A DNA stretch of 58,184 nucleotides, the filler included, from Basidioascus undulatus (lineage: Eukaryota): NCBI GenBank assembly GCA_000826855.1. It is 8 parts of 8 records of this genome, joined end to end, with 100 filler letters (N's around TTAATTAATTAA, not from the genome) between each part and the next. Parts side by side here need not be neighbours in the genome. Positions count along the whole stretch, not along the records: positions 21,896 to 29,100 come from JTLS01001595.1; positions 29,201 to 36,376 come from JTLS01001596.1; 6 more parts are not named here. The stretch is one strand, 5' to 3'. A program made the translations under genes and the position numbers. A model generated the notes under the pieces. That model was not told the DNA's origin. It made no database searches and saw only the letters and a list, made by a program, of their open reading frames with translations. Positions 22,345-35,194 of the stretch are shown here, in pieces; positions within the stretch are counted from its first letter, which is position 1, and the number at the start of each line of letters is the position of its first letter.

Positions 22345-24494
22345 GGACCATGTTCATCTGGGTGACGTCTTTTTTTTTCCCCTTTCCTTCCGGCTTTTCT
22401 ACGCATCGTCGCTATGTCTTTTCCTCGCTCCTGTCGCACGCACGCACGTACCCCACCCCATTGTTGTAGCACCTCACACGTCATAGTTAGTTATCCGCAT
22501 GACCAGTTACGGATACCCTACATACTCCCATCCCGCATTTTAGTACTAGTGCAGCGCGTTGTGCTGAAGTAGAACATGTTGCTTGCTTGCTTTGTTACGA
22601 TCTTACATGATCAGTTGCATTGATCCAAAGCAAAAACGTTGCGATGAGATCGAGCATTGTCTTCTTTCCGCGCTCAACCGGGTCTTGACACCGACCATCG
22701 TCGCTCCCAACGCCTCGCTCAAGCGTCCTATGCTGACAGTTTTGCAATGTTCGTTGATCTTTCGCATCTGGTTCTGGTCCTTCAGACGGCCTTCTGCGTC
22801 GTCGTCGCTTCGATGCTTACCGCGCGTGCGTCCATGCGGACCTGGCTCGCCGTCCGGCAACCTCTCAGCCCGGCAGTTGCTCAGCCGCCAGGCCCTGCTA
22901 AGGGCAACAGTATACTTGGCGGTGAAATTGAGGAGCTGCTCTGGATAACCCTGGCCGGCTCGGTGCATTGGATGCTGCTTAAGTTCGCCTGGGCCTGGGT
23001 GGCCATCGCCCTCTCTGCCTGCGCGAGCCTAGGCATGAGAGTCTTCACGGTGGGCGGCGCTTTCTGTTACTATGAGAGTGTGGGATCACACAGGCTGAGA
23101 AACGGTTTTGCCTTCCTGTGCCACTACGGGATGGGGCTCATGGGCATCGAAATAACAGCAATCCGCAGGCAGACGAGCGTTGGACACCGTAAACGAGATA
23201 CCCGCACGGCCTGCGGCACCTGCAGACGCGGCGGGGGTTCGGAAAGCACGCTCGAACTCCTGCATTGAAGGAGTCTTAAATGTGGCCAGTATGTGCTCGA
23301 ATAGCAGCTCCGGGTGAGGCTGCGGCCGAAAGCAGAGTATATCGAGCACTGTCGGACGGCCCTTCGATCCCTGCACGTCTTCGCAAAGCTGGCGCACTGC
23401 TTCCAGGGTCGCAGATTGGCTATGTAGGCACTACACCTGATGCATGGTGATGTATTCCTAACAATTCTGGGGTACTCAAGAAAGGAGGAGAACAACCCGC
23501 ACGACCACGGGCGCTCACTCTGTTACCGTACCTTTTCGGCGTGCGAACGACGACACCTCAAGCGGCGATGGCTTGCACGATCTACCGCCAGAAATGGCAC
23601 CCCAGGCAAATTTTCAGAATTTTTGGGGTGCAGTAAAACAGGCTTACATGGCACTCTGAACCAGCGCAGTACTGCCACTCCTCCGCTGCGTCGTTTGTAG
23701 AGCACGTAAAACGTACGGTTCCCCTCGACTGCGACCAACCAAACCCACCCGGCATCCCGCAAGCAACCAAGTTCTCCACACAGTCATTTCCAGTAGTCCC
23801 TTACCGCAATGAGAGGCCAACGATACTGGACAGACCACGGAGTAGCGGCAGACGTGCACAGCGTCAGGCCTTCACGTCTGTCAGCTTCGTGCTGCAGTGC
23901 CGCACAAATCCACACCCGACGACAACGCGGACTTCTAGCTAGCTGAGCTGGGAGGGGGAAAACGATTAAAGCCCTTGATTCTGTTTAGATCTATGCGCAG
24001 GGAGGCATGAAGGCCCGCCCTGCGCGTCGCCCTGCAGCAGCATCTTCCCCCTTCTCACCTTTCGTCACCCGACACCGTGGTTCCTCGGCTCTTCAATGGC
24101 ATTGTTTCCCTTATCAACCCGGCAGCACTTTTATCACTTTCACCTTGAGGGACACAGAAACAATACGCCGGGCAACTCAACGATTCTGCGCTGGCACCCG
24201 CTCTCTTTCGCGGTGGCAGTTCAGCACGCAAATGTCATTGCTACTACAGGACTGATAAGATCAACCAAGTACAGAGCACCCGCGGCCACTGAAGGCGCCC
24301 CTGCAGAAACTGTACGCCAGGTTGAAGTCGTCGATCGAACTTGCAGGAACGAAGACCCGCCGTGCCAGCTTGAGCGCCGCGAAGCGCACCGCCACGCGAG
24401 ACAATGATAAGTTAAGAGGGGTATCAGATCGTGTCGGTCATCACAGGTCGTGATTAAGCTCATCAGCGCCCTCAGTCTCTACTCCTTCCCACAA

Positions 24495-25340
24495 TCACCC
24501 CCTCCCCCTCAGCGACCCTGTCGCACAAGAATGCCTCACCCCGAGCCTGCACTCCCTCCCGCACCACGTCAGCCCGCAGCGGCACATCGGCGCGTTCACG
24601 CCCTCGCGCGCGCACCCCGCGCAGACGGTGTGCGTGGCGATCTTGCTCGCCTGCTCGGCGCGGGCGAGGGTGGGCTCCAGGGGCGGGAGCGGGCCGGGTT
24701 TGAGGTTGGGGGAGGGAGGAGCGGAGGAGGGTGGGGAGCTGGTGGGTGAGGACGGTGCGGAGGATAGGGAGAGAGACGGAGTGTGGAGGGAGGTGGTGGA
24801 GGCTGTGTGGCGCGCGGAGAGCGTTGGGGAGGGGAAGTCGTCCGCCCGCGACCCCATCCCCGCTGTTGACTCTTCCTCCTCAGGCGCCAGTGCCCACGGC
24901 GTCGCCACTGGCGACCCGAACAGTCTCCTTGCAGACCCAAGCGAGAGCGTGGAGAACAAGCTGCGCACGCTTCCCTGCCTTTTCAAGGCTGGCGAGTCGG
25001 CGGCGCGCCTGCTCGGGCTCGCGCTAGGGGAGTAAGTGCGGAGGGTGTGTGCGAGTGCGGTGGGGGGCGAAGGGGGTGGGGTGGATGGTGTGGGTTTCGC
25101 GTCGACGGGGGTGAGGGTGGGCGTGGCGAGGCCAGAGGCGGACGAGGAGAGACGGGAGAGCTTGGGGCGCAGGCGCCGCTGGGGGAGGATGGAGGGCGCG
25201 AACAGTGGCGGTGGCGCGAGTGCGTCGGCGGTGGAGGATGATGAGGACGCGCCGGGTGGGGAAGGCGGGGCGAAGGAGATGTGCGAGAGCGCTTTGCCTG
25301 TGCGGCGGGAGATCGTGCGGAACGGGTCGGCGGAGGTCAT
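24495..25340 (-). CDS. Intronless Ser/Pro-rich protein with C-terminal MYND-like zinc finger
   Basis: 281-aa ORF ending LEPTLARAEQASK..CAGC..CRCGLTWCGRECR..HSC. Confidence 0.75.
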   Translation of the reverse strand: MTSADPFRTISRRTGKALSHISFAPPSPPGASSSSSTADALAPPPLFAPSILPQRRLRPKLSRLSSSASGLATPTLTPVDAKPTPSTPPPSPPTALAHTLRTYSPSASPSRRAADSPALKRQGSVRSLFSTLSLGSARRLFGSPVATPWALAPEEEESTAGMGSRADDFPSPTLSARHTASTTSLHTPSLSLSSAPSSPTSSPPSSAPPSPNLKPGPLPPLEPTLARAEQASKIATHTVCAGCAREGVNAPMCRCGLTWCGRECRLGVRHSCATGSLRGRG

Positions 25341-26201
25341 GCTGGTGTGGGTGTGTGGGCGGTCTGAAGGAAGAGAACAAAGGGCAAGAGGACAAGATGA
25401 GCTGGCTAGCGATGGCGGTATCCTCGCTCGCGACTCACGGAGGCTTCTCAGCCAACTTTATTTCCAATAGGCGGCAGGTGCAGAAGGAGGTCTTGGCGGC
25501 GACTCGACTCGAACTCGACGGGAGGAGGAAGGGAAGAAGACAAGACAAAACACGACTGGCCTGCCTTCGCCGCATCAGAATCGGATGGGGCAAGGGATGA
25601 CACGTGAAAGTTAGCGCACGCACGTGTCCTCAAGTCCGGAGTTGAAAACTGCCGTTGCCTCGCTCTCGATTACGGCAAGTGGGAGTGTAGCGGTGGCGGT
25701 GATGGGGATGATGGTGGTTGATGGAAGAGGAGAAGGTGAATGGGAGGACGAGCTGACGGCGCAGCGGCGAGCAAGGTCAATCGTTAATGTCAGTGCGGCG
25801 GATGTGGGTGGGAGACCTGGACCCGGGGATTGGGCGATTGAATTAATTCTGTCGCCGATCGCTAATGTGTGGAATATCGTTGAACTCAGGTGGACCATTG
25901 AGCGGTTCGTCGGGTTGGGAAGGTCGAGTTGGGTGGGGCGATGCGATTAAGGGCGTGTGTAGACACTGAAGAGGTTGCCTTTCTTAGGTGGAGCTGCGCA
26001 TGTTCTCGGGGCCTGGAAAGAGACGGCACGCAGGCCTCAAGCTGAGAACCTCTACGAGTGGTGTCCATTAAATACGCCCGTCTATCTTCTATACAATAAC
26101 TCTAGTCCAGGTCTGTAAGGTGTATGTGTGCGTGTGGTGGGGAGAGGCGAGGTGTGTCGTCCATCTCGAGCAACGCGCACCGCGTTCCCCGCTTTTGGCG
26201 T

Positions 26202-26308
26202 TCAGTGCCGCGCCGCATACCGCGACCAACCCCTGATAACCGAGCCCTTGACGTAGAAGACGAACGCGACAGGCACGAGGAGGGCGGCGACGATGCCGAG
26301 GAGGGTGC
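26202..26308 (-). CDS. Orphan terminal exon resembling the C-terminus of an MFS (DHA1-type) transporter
   Basis: After a ctgac..aacag acceptor it reads GTLLGIVAALLVPVAFVFYVKGSVIRGWSRYAARH*, like the last TM helix and the 'G..IR..S.YA' tail of DHA1 antiporters. No other MFS exons on this contig. Confidence 0.6.
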
Positions 26309-26445
26309 CTGTTCTCCATCCCACTCTCTGGTCAGTCGAGTGCTCTCTCTCTCTCCGGGCCGGCGGGTAGGGAGGCAGAGGAGGGAGGGAGAGAGGGAAG
26401 GAGCGCAGTGAGGAGAGGGGAAGGGTGGAGAGGAGGAAGACGTAC

Positions 26446-28403
26446 TGCCTATCGAGCTCGATGCGCTGGTTAACCGAGTCGATCCGCCCCTGGACTTTGC
26501 CGTCTAGGATCAGCGCGACGAGGAGGTTCTCGACCTCCTCGACATCGACGTTGAGTTGCTGTACCCCGACCCAACACAATCATCAGCCTCGAATGCCGCG
26601 GACGTGCGAGGGTGTCCAGAGTCTCGCGCACCTTGCCGAGGAACGCCAAGTCCATGCGTGAGTACGGCTTGATGAGGTCGACGAGGTAGCTTGTGCGGAG
26701 CGCGCGGAGGACGTCGTCGATGTAGTGCCGGATGAAGGGGTCGTCCATGATCGCCGAGCGGTTCTCTTCACACCCGGCGCACCATCCTCAGCGAACTCCT
26801 CGCCTCAGGAAATGGAAAGGGCACGAGAACGCACTACGAATGATCTTCTCCGCCTCGTGCACCTCCCTGCGCTGGTACGCCGCGACAAGCTGCGTCATGG
26901 GCAAGATGTCCGCGTCGTCCTTGTATCTGTGCGCGCGCACGTCGCACCGTTCGCATCCTCAGTATCTTGCCAACAAGCCGAAAGAGAGAGCCCGGAACAC
27001 ACGGCTTGGTCTCCTGCGAGTCGAACGGGTCGATCTCGCTGCCCATGAGCATGTGGGCGAGGACGAGGTACTTGAGGACCTGCTTGCGCTGGGGCGACCC
27101 CGCCTCGTCGTACGACCTGAACGACTCGAAAAAGTCGATCTGCGCTTGCTCCCATTGCTCTGTCCTCCGCGCCCCGTCAGCACAGAGGTGGGGAGAGGGG
27201 AGGGGAAAGACGTACTCTCGCCCATGTTGATCTTCCCGCCTGCCTCGCGGATGACGCCCATGATGCGCGGATGCGGGATCGCTGACGTCACGGAGAGGGT
27301 GAGGTTGTAGATCTCCTGTTTGCAGCGCCCCAGATCGTCAGTATTCCGGTGAATGGCCAGAGGCGTTAGGTGAAGACGCACCTTGGCCTTCTTGGTGTCG
27401 CCCGTGTCGGACGCCATCTGGATCTCGAGCGCGTATATCTCGAGCAGGAGCGTGCCCTTGCTCTGGTCGTCGGTCCCATCCTCAGACTGGCAGCTCGCGC
27501 GGAGGTCCCTCAACGTCTGTCCTCCCCATCCTCCCTCTCAGCCCCCCATCCCTCCCCTCTCTCTGCCTCTCCCCCCACGCACCTTCTGCAAACGTCCATA
27601 TTCCTTCCTGTCCAACCACAGCTTGGCGAGCTTCAGATTCGTCTTTACGCTCAGACGCTCGTTCTTCATCTCGGCGAGCGAGCGCATCGTCACGTCGTAG
27701 AAGCGCTCCATGACCTCGAGGTCGACGGTCCTCGTCTCGCCGGAAACGTAGTCGAGGATGCCGTTGATGGACTTTTCGGAGTAGTTGCGCGTGACGGCGG
27801 AGCGGGTGTAGGTGAGGAGCTGGGTGTAGGTCTGGAGCGCGAGTGCGTGCTCGTGCAGGTGCAGAAAGTAGAGCTTGGTGACTGCGGGGAGATATTAGTG
27901 GGAAGGGGAAGGAATAAAGAGTGCTTTGGGAACGCACGCTGCTTGAGCGCTTTGAAGCCCCTGGCGAGAGAGAAGCGTCAGTATAGCGCGCTTGAGGAAG
28001 AGACACGCCGCGTGCGCACCAGTCGCCCTTCTCCTGCTCCTGCTCGACGATAGCCTTGAATTCGGCTATCGCGCCCTGGAGATCGTCCTCCTTCTTGTCT
28101 ATCCTCCACCACCTCGTCAACACACATCCCTGCAAGCCCAAGCACTACACGCACTCTTGGCCAAGTAGTACTTGTTCTCCAGCCCCGCATCGCCCTCCTC
28201 CTCCGCGTCGTCGTCGTCCTCGTAGTCAAAGTCGTAGTCCTGCCCGCATAAAAGTGAGTTCAAGCATATTCAAGGGAAGTATTCTCGGCTGCCGCAACGC
28301 ACCTCGTCCCCGGCATCGTCCATCATGAACTGCGGTGGGGTGTCAGTGTGCGACAGGGACAGCGCGTAATAACCAGAACACACACATCGTCGTCGTCGGA
28401 CAT
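26446..28403 (-). CDS. CSN2: COP9 signalosome subunit 2 (PCI domain); native last exon not found
   Basis: [122 protein letters not shown]. All introns GT-AG. Confidence 0.95.
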
Positions 28404-29100
28404 GCTGGGATAGTGTCGAGTGTGTGTGTGTGGGGTGTGATCCTCGTCAGCGTCGAGTCGAGTGCGCCGTATCGAGGCTATCGAGCTGTCTTGACGCGTT
28501 CGCTTCTCATGTGTCCCATCGAAAGCGAAAGGAGAGCATATTACACTCACGATACAAATTCAGACGATATGCTTGTCGTTCGTTGCGATGTGTGATTGCG
28601 ATGAACGAGCAAGCTGCGCTGATGGTCGATAGCCAACTCGCACTCGCACCTCCGTCGCCCTCGCCCCGAGCCGGAACGCTCACGCGCCGCTTCGACGCTC
28701 TCCATCATCGCCGAAGTCGGGTACTCTCGAGTCGTCTCTTCGCCTCGTCTCTGTCTACGCAAATCGCGTATTCAACATCGAAGTTACGTGTGCGTAGGCT
28801 TTATTCTGTTCACTTGCGGTGCGTAGCTGACCCAGAGTCCGACGTTGAGCTTAGCCCAGCACCGCGCCTTCTTACCTCCTACCCTCGACGGCTGCCCCTC
28901 CCGAGCTTGTGTACTTGGTTCAACTGAGCGAAACGCCGGCGCATGCCGTGCGATTGATACGAGCTAGTCTGTGAGTATATTCCCGTAGTGATCTTGCCAG
29001 GCACCCGGGCTTCAGCTACGCCCTAGTTCGAGCTACGACTAATAACGATCCTCGCTGCCCCTTCTAGTTTCACGCACCCCCCACATCACCCCACACCACG

Positions 29101-29200
29101 NNNNNNNNNNNNNNNNNNNNNNNNNNNNNNNNNNNNNNNNNNNNTTAATTAATTAANNNNNNNNNNNNNNNNNNNNNNNNNNNNNNNNNNNNNNNNNNNN
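29101..29200. other. Artificial contig spacer
   Basis: N-run/TTAATTAATTAA/N-run, 100 nt. Confidence 0.98.
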
Positions 29201-29943
29201 GCTCGACGTCCTCGCGGACCAGGCGGCCGAGCACGGATCGCCGCGGAATGCCTCGCCGTCTCAGCCGTCGGCCAGCAGGGCGCACGAGCCACACCCGCTC
29301 CTCGGGCCGGCGCTGACGCTGCGCCAACCGACATCGACCTCGCCGTCGCGCCCCGTTCAGCCACCGCCGCGGACGACGCAGACGTATCACCATGTCCCGC
29401 ATCAACACCCCTCGGTCACCCCCGTCAAGCACCACCCCGCGCCTTCCGGATCGTCGCCGGCGGTGCCGGGATTTACGTCTGTCAGGCCGCCTGGATCGGC
29501 CGTTGCAAGCAGGGCGCCCTATACCAAGTGAGATTTCTTAACGACTGAATTGTATTCAAGATCAGGAGCTGACATGCGGTTTCTTGTCGTGTAGATGGAC
29601 TGCCGCCGAAGACGCGCTTCTCGCCAAGGCCGTCGCCATCCATGGCCAGAAGTGGGACGCCGTCAGCAAGATGGTCGGCACGCGGTCGTACCACCAGGTC
29701 CGACAGCGCTACCTGCGCAAGTCCAGTGCGTTTCCACCCTTTCTTCTTTCCCGTCTGCGAGCTGTGCTCATATCCATCCTCCTTCGCACAGGTCAAGCGC
29801 AGGCCGCCGCTGCGCAAGCCGCCGCGAAGGCAGCCAAGGCATCGGAGGCCCCGGAAGGCGAGGACGGCGCCGCGGCGAAGGGCGACGGCGAGCAGGCGGC
29901 GGCCGGTCCCGCCGCTGCTCCGCAGGAGAAGGACAATGAGTAG
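29201..29943 (+). CDS. Myb/SANT-domain protein, 5'-truncated
   Basis: ..PYTK|WTAAEDALLAKAVAIHGQKWDAVSKMVGTRSYHQVRQRY; two GT-AG introns; TAG at 29943. Confidence 0.85.
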
Positions 29944-30588
29944 GGAGGGCACGTTGGTGGTCTGCTGCTTGCTCTTTCGGTGTATATGTGTTGTTCTGCT
30001 CCTCCCTTTCGCTGCTTGTTGGGTTACCTACGTCCTTCCATCGCATTCTCCTCTTCACGTTGAATACGTAGCTGTACTTGAATAGTCGGTCCTTGTTGAT
30101 GTGACGCAAAGCAATGTGCTTGTTGAACGAGTTGGGTGTCGCGCTAGCGCTGCGACTGCCGCGTGCTCTTCGCCTTACGCAAGCAACCTCTTCTACAAGC
30201 CTTCTCCCCAGGTATTTCATGGTACTCTTGATGTCAATTTCACGACAGTGAATGCCATCCTTCAATAAGCCCTATATGAAGCCGCGCAGCAGGTCGCTCG
30301 ATCGGGCGCCGTCAACCAGCTGGAAAAAGTACAGCGTGGTGTTGGAGAACGCCGACCAAAGGTGAAATCGAACCATTACATATTGCTTTCTGGACACACC
30401 TGTTGTTTGCCGAACTATCTAGATAACCCAATCGTCAATTGCCTAGACGCGAGCAAGGGAGGCTGGGATCGCGCACAAGCGGCCTCAGCCATCTTCCCCT
30501 GCTCCGAAGCGCCAGTGCCACGTATAGAGTGCTCGTACACTGTCTCTTCGCTACAACAGCGACCCCCGTATTTGCCCGGTATCCTGAT

Positions 30589-32500
30589 ATGGATGAGCTG
30601 ACAGCTGTCCAGGCCTCCCGCGACGAGCAACCTACGTCTGCAGTACTGCAGACCCCGCTCATGCGTAACTTGCGCTTTTGATCGTATTTTGCTCGCCCTG
30701 CTTCGGCATGTTTCTGGCGGGGTTGGACTTCGTTAGTAATTGAATGCTTCAGAAGCCGAACAGTGTTCGAGATCAATTCTCGATTCTACAGACTGCCGTA
30801 AGTTTCTCTTCAACATCGTCCGGCCATCGCCACGTTGACACGACAGTGCATCGTAGGTTGCGACTGCCCAGCCGACTATCGCAGCAGATCTGGGCGGAAA
30901 GACTACCCCTTGGATTGGCACTGCCTGTAAGCGCCTTAGTTGTGCTGACGGAGATATGCCTGCAGATTCTCACAGCGGCACGGCTTTTCAACCGTGGACC
31001 GGCAGTCTCGCCGATATCGTCGGTAGCGACCTATACAGATGATCTAACGAATAGTAATTAACATTTGTTCTCCAGTTTGGACGGCGGCTTGTTCTTGTCT
31101 CCGGCATCGTAGCGTTCTCTGCGGGCTCTTGCTGGTTCGGCGCTGAGCATTGCATGGTTGATTGGCGCACATAGTCAGTCCAACAGGACTGCTGCACTCG
31201 AAAATATGCTGATGTGTGCGAGAACAGCTGTCCAAGGAACCGGTGGTGCTTTCATGATGAGCATGGTTGGGGTAGGCAATGCATTCTCGACAATGACCCC
31301 CACTGCTAACGCGACTGCTGCATAGATCATCATAACCGACCTTGTTCCTGTAGTCGAGCGCGGTCTCTTTCAAGCAATGGACATGGCTGTCATCGCGCTC
31401 TCGACCGTTGCTGGACCACTGGTCGCTGAGGCCTTTGCGCAACGGGGCCCGTTCGCAGCGCCGTCCAGATCTCCCCGCTGCCTGTTCGGTCCCGCCAATT
31501 GACATAGCAGCCGGATTGTCCATCAAAGTCTTCTCCGGGTCTTTTCAAGTTGTACTTCCGCCTGTGAGACTTCTCGCTGAACTCCCCTACTTTCACAGAT
31601 ACCGCCCGCAGAACGCCGCTGGATGGTCGTTCATGCTCTGTGGGTTTGGCCTCTCCCGACTGCCTGACGTGAGACTCACTTCCACTGGCGGTCCGAAAGT
31701 ATTCCTAATCATTGTGGAATAGGTCAGACCAACTCGTCTACAGCCCGATGGGCGGGCTTTCAGATCGTTCTGGGCGCTGGGTAAAGTTATGCTGCTAACA
31801 CTCGCGAGGACCACGATACTGAAGAAATGGAAACCCATATGCCGGTTTGGTTATTTACGTCGCGACGATGTTTCCGACCCTTGCACAATTGCCCAACCAC
31901 CAGACTGCTAAAGCTATGGCGCTCATGTCGTACGTGTCCAACTCTTTCATTGTCGGGACAATCGGTTAACACCGCAACGGCTGGGTGTAACTACTTCAGA
32001 GCGCTTGGACAAACGTTCGGAATCACTATCGGAGCAGGTGAAGTCTATTTTCTTTCAAAGGCAGGCCATCTGAAAAGGCCGCTGAACTGAAAATCTCCGC
32101 TGCACTGCCAGCTGTATTGCAGAACGAGTTGCTCTCGCGACTGCCGCCCGACTTTACCTCTTCCCTACGAGATACCACGTCCGACACCGTCTATGCAGCC
32201 ATCGCCGCCCTCTCACATCTGCCAGCAGCTGTACTTATCGAGGCGCGGAAAGCGTTCGCGGACAGCTTGCGTGTCGGTATGTCTTGTACAGCTGCCTGTT
32301 TCCGTGGCTCGCTGCTCACAGTCAGGGCAACAGCTTGGGGCTCGTCCTGCTGCTGATCGCCGGTGTCGGACTCCTTGCAGTGGGTATGATGATGGAACTC
32401 CCGCTGAATAGGGGTACCGATGATGCGCCTTAGCTAGAGGAGCGAAGCTCGTCATCTGTAAAGGAGCAGACGCCTGGGGACAATGTCGCGGATGTTTAGA
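30589..32500 (+). pseudogene. Decayed MFS drug transporter (DHA2-like)
   Basis: GMFLAGLDF, FQPWTGSLADI..FGRRLVL, FRALGQTFGITIGA|AVLQNELLSRLP..ARKAFADSLRV occur in order, with stops (TGA ~30679) and frameshifts. The middle is hardly recognisable. Confidence 0.75.
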
Positions 32501-32789
32501 CTTTCATGACGAACTTTCAACCGTCTTGTATTTGGAGTTGCTTCCAGGCGTTTTGCTGCGCGGAACCCGAGGGTTACGCTACGAAATGTCTATGCAAGAC
32601 GACCCTGGCAGCCGCTTCAGCGGTTCCTTCCCACAGCGTTTTATTCCCTCAGGCCGTTCTCTGCGAAAGGTCCTTATGCTCATTTTGATTTCGGAGATTC
32701 ACTCGAGCACTCTAATACCGCCCATACACCTCAAACCAGGTCTGTGATCCCTCAGAGTTGCAATGACAACAATGCTCGCGCCGCGCTCG

Positions 32790-34420
32790 CTACAAGTACA
32801 CCCTCCGGAGCCCGCTGGCGCCGCAGATCCTGCCACACATGGGGCACGCCTTACGCACGCCGAGCGCGCGCATCCAGCATTCTGTACACGCGACGTGCCA
32901 GCACTCGACCGAGACGAGCGGCTGCTTGGGCGCGTCCAAGCAGACGTGGCACCGCGGGCTCGTGGCGAGGAGGTCCTCCTGCGGTCGTGTGCGAGTTTCG
33001 CTCAGCTCAAGGGAAGGAGATGTTAAGATGAGAGGACGCACCAGCTCGGAAACCTTTGCTCGGAGAGAGGCGACCAGCCCCGCCTCGTCCCCGCGCGCGG
33101 CGGCGGCGTCGATAGCGAGGTCGAGCGCGTCAGTCTCCCCAACGCTAATCACGTCGTCCTCGCCATCCTCGCCCTCGCCGTTCCCCAAGCGCGCTTCCTC
33201 CTCAGGGGGTCGGCGCCGGAACGTCCGCCCCTCAGCGACCATCTCCCTGAGCGTCCGATGCGGCGCCTCGGCGCCGTCCCCGTCCACCTGCGCCTCGGCG
33301 CCGCCGATCGACAGCCGCTCAGACGGCGTCGGCGAGCCGGGCCCGATCAGGTCTGCTTCGCCGAACTGCGGCGACCCGAACAGCGCCTCGTCGTCCCCGT
33401 CGATGTCGAGCTCCTCCATTGCTTCCTCCGACTCGGCGCGGCGCGGCGCTTGCGTAAAGTTGGTACCTGTATAACGAACAATAGAACGGATCAGTCAAGT
33501 TAGCATCCTCGCACTGTCTTCATCAGTCAGCAATTCCATGCCAAACGCACCCGTGAACCCAGTAAGCGCAGTAACCCTGACCCTCCTTTGCCCCGCCATC
33601 TCATACTCCTCCCACTCGCCGCCCACGCCCACGCCCTCCCTCTCCTCCCTCCTCGCGTCCTCCGCCGCCCATTCCAAACACCGTTCCACATGCTCTTCCA
33701 CCCCTTGCACGCGCTCCTCGCAAACAGGGCACACGCCCTCTCCTCCTGCTCCCCTTCCCCCGCGCCGGCTCCCCTCCTCTTCCTCCTCCAGAAACTCCAT
33801 GCTTGCCCGCGCGTGCTCCTTCAGCCGCGCAATCCGCGCTTTCCGGTTCAACCGCGAGGTGCGCAGCGCGGCGGAGGCACGCTGGAGGGAGGTGGAGGCT
33901 CCTGAGCGCGAGGAGGACGAGGCGGAGAGGGAGGAGCGCGCTTTGGCTGCGGCGGCGCGGCGAGAAGGCCTGTATCATCCAAGAAAGATGTCAGCCTGAA
34001 CAGGAACTGTATTGGGGTTGGTAGAGGGAAGAATGGAACGAGCGACGCACCCAGCTTCAGCGTTCCCCCCGCCCGGACGCATCTCCTCGATCTTCGCCAG
34101 CTCAAACGCGAGGTGCTGCTCGAGCAGCCGGACGGGGATCGCTTGCTCGCAGGCAGGGCACGGCTTCGTGACTGCCTTCTTGGCTGATCACCCCTCCCAC
34201 TCCGTTAGTTCGGGTCTTTCGCATCCGTCTCGGGTGGAAGTTGAAATACTGAATACATACGCACATTTCTTAACTACCGGCTCCTGCCCCGCCCCCTCAC
34301 TCTCCGGCAAAACCACAGTTCGTTTCCTGCCCGTCCCAAAGCGCACACAGCGCGCAGCGAGCGAGTCCTTTCAGCACTGCGCCCCACTTTCGCTCGCTCC
34401 CTCGCGCACCTAGGGGGCAT
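32790..34420 (-). CDS. RNF220: RNF220-like RING E3 ubiquitin ligase
   Basis: MPPR|KR..CPACEQAIPVRLLEQHL..CPVCEERV..HVERCL..WEEYEMAGQRRVRVT..CHVCLD..PLVSVECWHVACTECWMRALGVRKACPMC..LRRVYL*. The EEYE..GQ.R.R.T motif and the terminal RING with LRR(I/V)YL resemble RNF220. Confidence 0.8.
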
Positions 34421-35194
34421 TCTCGTTCGACCGCGGTCGACCGTGATTTTCCCGGATGTATCGCACCCGGCACGGGCGTTTGCGAGAGTGTAGAGAGCGA
34501 GTTGGAGATGGATTGCGCGGAGGGCGTTGGGATGAAGGGGCCGCGGGGTTTGGGCAGAGGGAAGGCGGGAGGAAGCGTGGGAAACGGTTAGTCAAGAGGC
34601 GGGTGCAAATGGGATGGCGATACATTGCCAAAAAGGATATGTACATGTTGACGATCGCTTGTCGACACAAAAAAATTAAACAAATGGGCGGATGCGTGAT
34701 GATATGAAGAGAGGTTCGCACCACTCCCCGCGGTCGGGCCGAGTTGCTAGTTAACCGAGCGGGCGTGCTGGGCGAGAATAAGGTCGCTCTTCCTTACCTC
34801 ATCGGGGGCAGAAGAAGAGAACCAGAGGAAGAAGGTCGACGCGAGACCGATAAGGAGTAGGGGGATGTTGTGCGTGTTGAGGTGAGGCAGTTGAAGAGAC
34901 AGCTTGCGACTTGCGCACTTGCGGACACGACTTGCGGCACGACTTGCAGGCTTGCGCTTGACATTTGAAGCGTTACATGTAACTTTGATGATGTCCTTGA
35001 ACACGAACGCCCCCTTTTTGTGTTTGTTTGTTCCAGCTTGAAGAGAGAGGGAGAAGAGCCCGTCGCACGCCGTCGCCTTCGCCGCCGATACAGAAGAAAG
35101 GTAAAAGAAGAGAAAAACTTGTTTTTAGGTTTGAGGGTAAATCTTGAACTGGAGAGAGAGAAGGAAGGAGAGGGGTTGGGAACGGGAGGGCCGT

